Shown here in pieces: positions 62,365-64,000 of a stretch of 64,000 nucleotides of DNA; position 1 is the first letter of the stretch, and every line of letters begins with the position of its first letter. The DNA is from Cyanophora paradoxa CCMP329 (lineage: Eukaryota > Plantae > Glaucophyta). The position numbers and the translations under genes are program-made. Below the pieces are notes generated by a model. That model was given only the letters and a program-made list of their open reading frames with translations. It searched no databases and was not told the DNA's origin. The stretch lies in assembly GCA_004431415.1 (NCBI GenBank), contig QPMI01000098.1, forward strand, positions 1-64,000. The letters are read 5' to 3'.

Positions 62365-63547
62365 ATGGCGGAGTGGGACGGGTGCACGCTGTCCGCGACG
62401 CTGCAGGACGCCATGGTGAAGCACAGGAATGACGTGCACGCGGCGGGGAAGGCAGGCCAGTGGGACAAGCTTTTGGCGCTTCTCGAAGAAGAGCCCGCCT
62501 TCGTGAACAGTTCGGGTATGGACGACGCGGGCAAGGACCTGTACTCGCCGCTTCGTGCGTACGCCAGCTCGTATATCACACGGTTTATATTGCTAGCTCT
62601 GAATTACACATAGCCGAGCTCTGCGTCTGACTCAGTGACGCACCTTAAACGCGCAGACTGGGCGGCAGAGCTCGGCGCCCCGAAGGCGGTCGTGGAGAAG
62701 TTGGTGAAAATGCGTGCGTGGCGAAGCTTGCGCAATCTGAACGGAGAAACGGCGGAAGACGTGGCCAGGAGGACGGGCCGACCCGAGCTCGCGGATCAGC
62801 TGAAGCCAGCGAAGCGCGAGGACTGCCCCGAGCCCGAAGTCCTCAAGTCGCTCCAGGTGAGCCAGTCGCAGCGTTCGTTGCGCACGGGATGATGCGCCCA
62901 TGCTGCGCGTTACACGCGCGGCGCGGTGCGGGCTCAGCGTATCTCGCAGAAGCACTTCCACGATGTCATCCGGGCGCGCTGCAAGGACCTGTGTGAGGAG
63001 CACGGTAGCCGCCTCCCCTGCCTTGCGGCAAGGAACGCACTAAACCTTTTCCCTAGCCCTTCGCCTGCCCGAGATAGAGCCCCTGACGGAGATCTTGGGC
63101 GGCGGCGAAGACCCGGACTTGGCCGCGGGGGCCTCCTGGTATTTCACTGTACCCGGAATGTGCGCCACCCCCCTCCCCCCCAGGCCTCCCCCACCCCGCA
63201 TCCCTCCTGCCTCCTGCCCTCGCCTGGCAACCCTCACGCGCGCATATGCATCCCTCCCCGGCAGGTACGGAGGCTTCTCGTGAGCTTTTCCTGCCGCCTT
63301 GCGCCCCCTTCTGTCTTTGTGCCCTTGAGCCGGCGCGCAGGTACAGGCTCGCCGACGTAGCCGGGGACCCGTGCCTTGTCGCCGAGAGCTGGTGCCGCCC
63401 CACCGCGGCTCAGCCTGCCGTGGGCCGTTCGCCTCACCAGTACCCCCCCCCCCTTTGGGGCGCAGGTGCCGGGTCGCAGAGGGGTCCGGCCAGCGCCACC
63501 TCGTCACCCCGTTCGGCAGCGTTCTCCTCGCCGAGGGCTTCGTCTGA
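62365..63547 (+). CDS. Ankyrin-repeat protein of a bacterial/fungal-type family (C-terminal VPGMYGGF...GSGQRH...EGFV)
   Basis: MAEWDG...AGKAGQWDKLL...YSPLHWAAELGAPKAVVEKLVKMRAWRSLRNLNGETAEDVA; KHFHDVIRAR; WYFTVPGMYGGFSYRL; LVAESWCRVAEGSGQRHLVTPFGSVLLAEGFV*. Confidence 0.8.
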
Positions 63548-64000
63548 TATCAACTTGGCAATTTGACATCGATGCAATAATCAATGAGATCTAGAGCACC
63601 CCGAGGCTCAGTGGCCGGTGCATGGTAGCAGTTAGTCAGCTCGAAACCGACGCACGGTTTACCCGGCTGTGTTGCTGGAGCAACAAAGAACGAAAGCTTA
63701 CCGGGAGGTCCAGGAGCTGCCAGCTGCTATTGGCAATTGCAAGACATGGGTGCATCCAAACTTGATTCCAAAGATCCAAGGCTAGGACTCAATTATACGT
63801 AAACTACTGCCCAATCAACATAAAGCAAGAAAATTACGTGTACGTTAACAGGCATAATTGAACTGATGAGCGGAATGCGGAATGCGCAAAGATGCGAATG
63901 AAGGACTACAATAAATGGAAACTGTGACAATGCAAGCTCGGTCACGCTGTGATCCACGATCTGAAAGAGAGCTCGAGTACATGGGCTTGTATCTGGCCTA

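Noticed and set aside
63600-64000. Low-GC tail checked for tRNA/ncRNA or an element end
   Set aside because: No cloverleaf, A/B boxes or TIR could be supported.

Overview
Eukaryotic nuclear DNA: very GC-rich, gene-dense and intron-dense. Most introns are about 60-150 nt, with a CTGAC/CTCAC branch site and a GCGCAG-like acceptor. The six-frame ORF track is mostly uninformative, so genes were rebuilt by hand-splicing. Two nuclear genes of cyanobacterial type with N-terminal extensions (menA, TGD1) indicate a plastid-bearing alga; a glaucophyte such as Cyanophora is my guess, not verified. Sixteen protein genes were found: a TmcB/C-like membrane protein, (6-4) photolyase, an unrecognised 4x four-cysteine repeat protein, a class-2 DYRK kinase, an EF-hand protein, an alpha-arrestin, an Air1/ZCCHC7-like zinc-knuckle protein, CNOT10, a TPR protein, a hypothetical protein, a soluble-adenylyl-cyclase-like STAND protein with degenerate active sites, an IQ/ARM protein, a subtilisin, menA, TGD1, a monoacylglycerol-lipase-like hydrolase and a bacterial/fungal-type ankyrin protein. 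There is also an intact hAT-type MITE. The main points of interest are the exon-modular Cys-repeat gene, about 40% GC-AG introns in the photolyase, 7-12 nt micro-exons (one carrying part of a catalytic motif), a perfect exon+intron tandem duplication, very tight head-to-head gene pairs and palindrome-rich intergenic DNA. No rRNA, tRNA or CRISPR array was seen. Gene ends are approximate unless stated.
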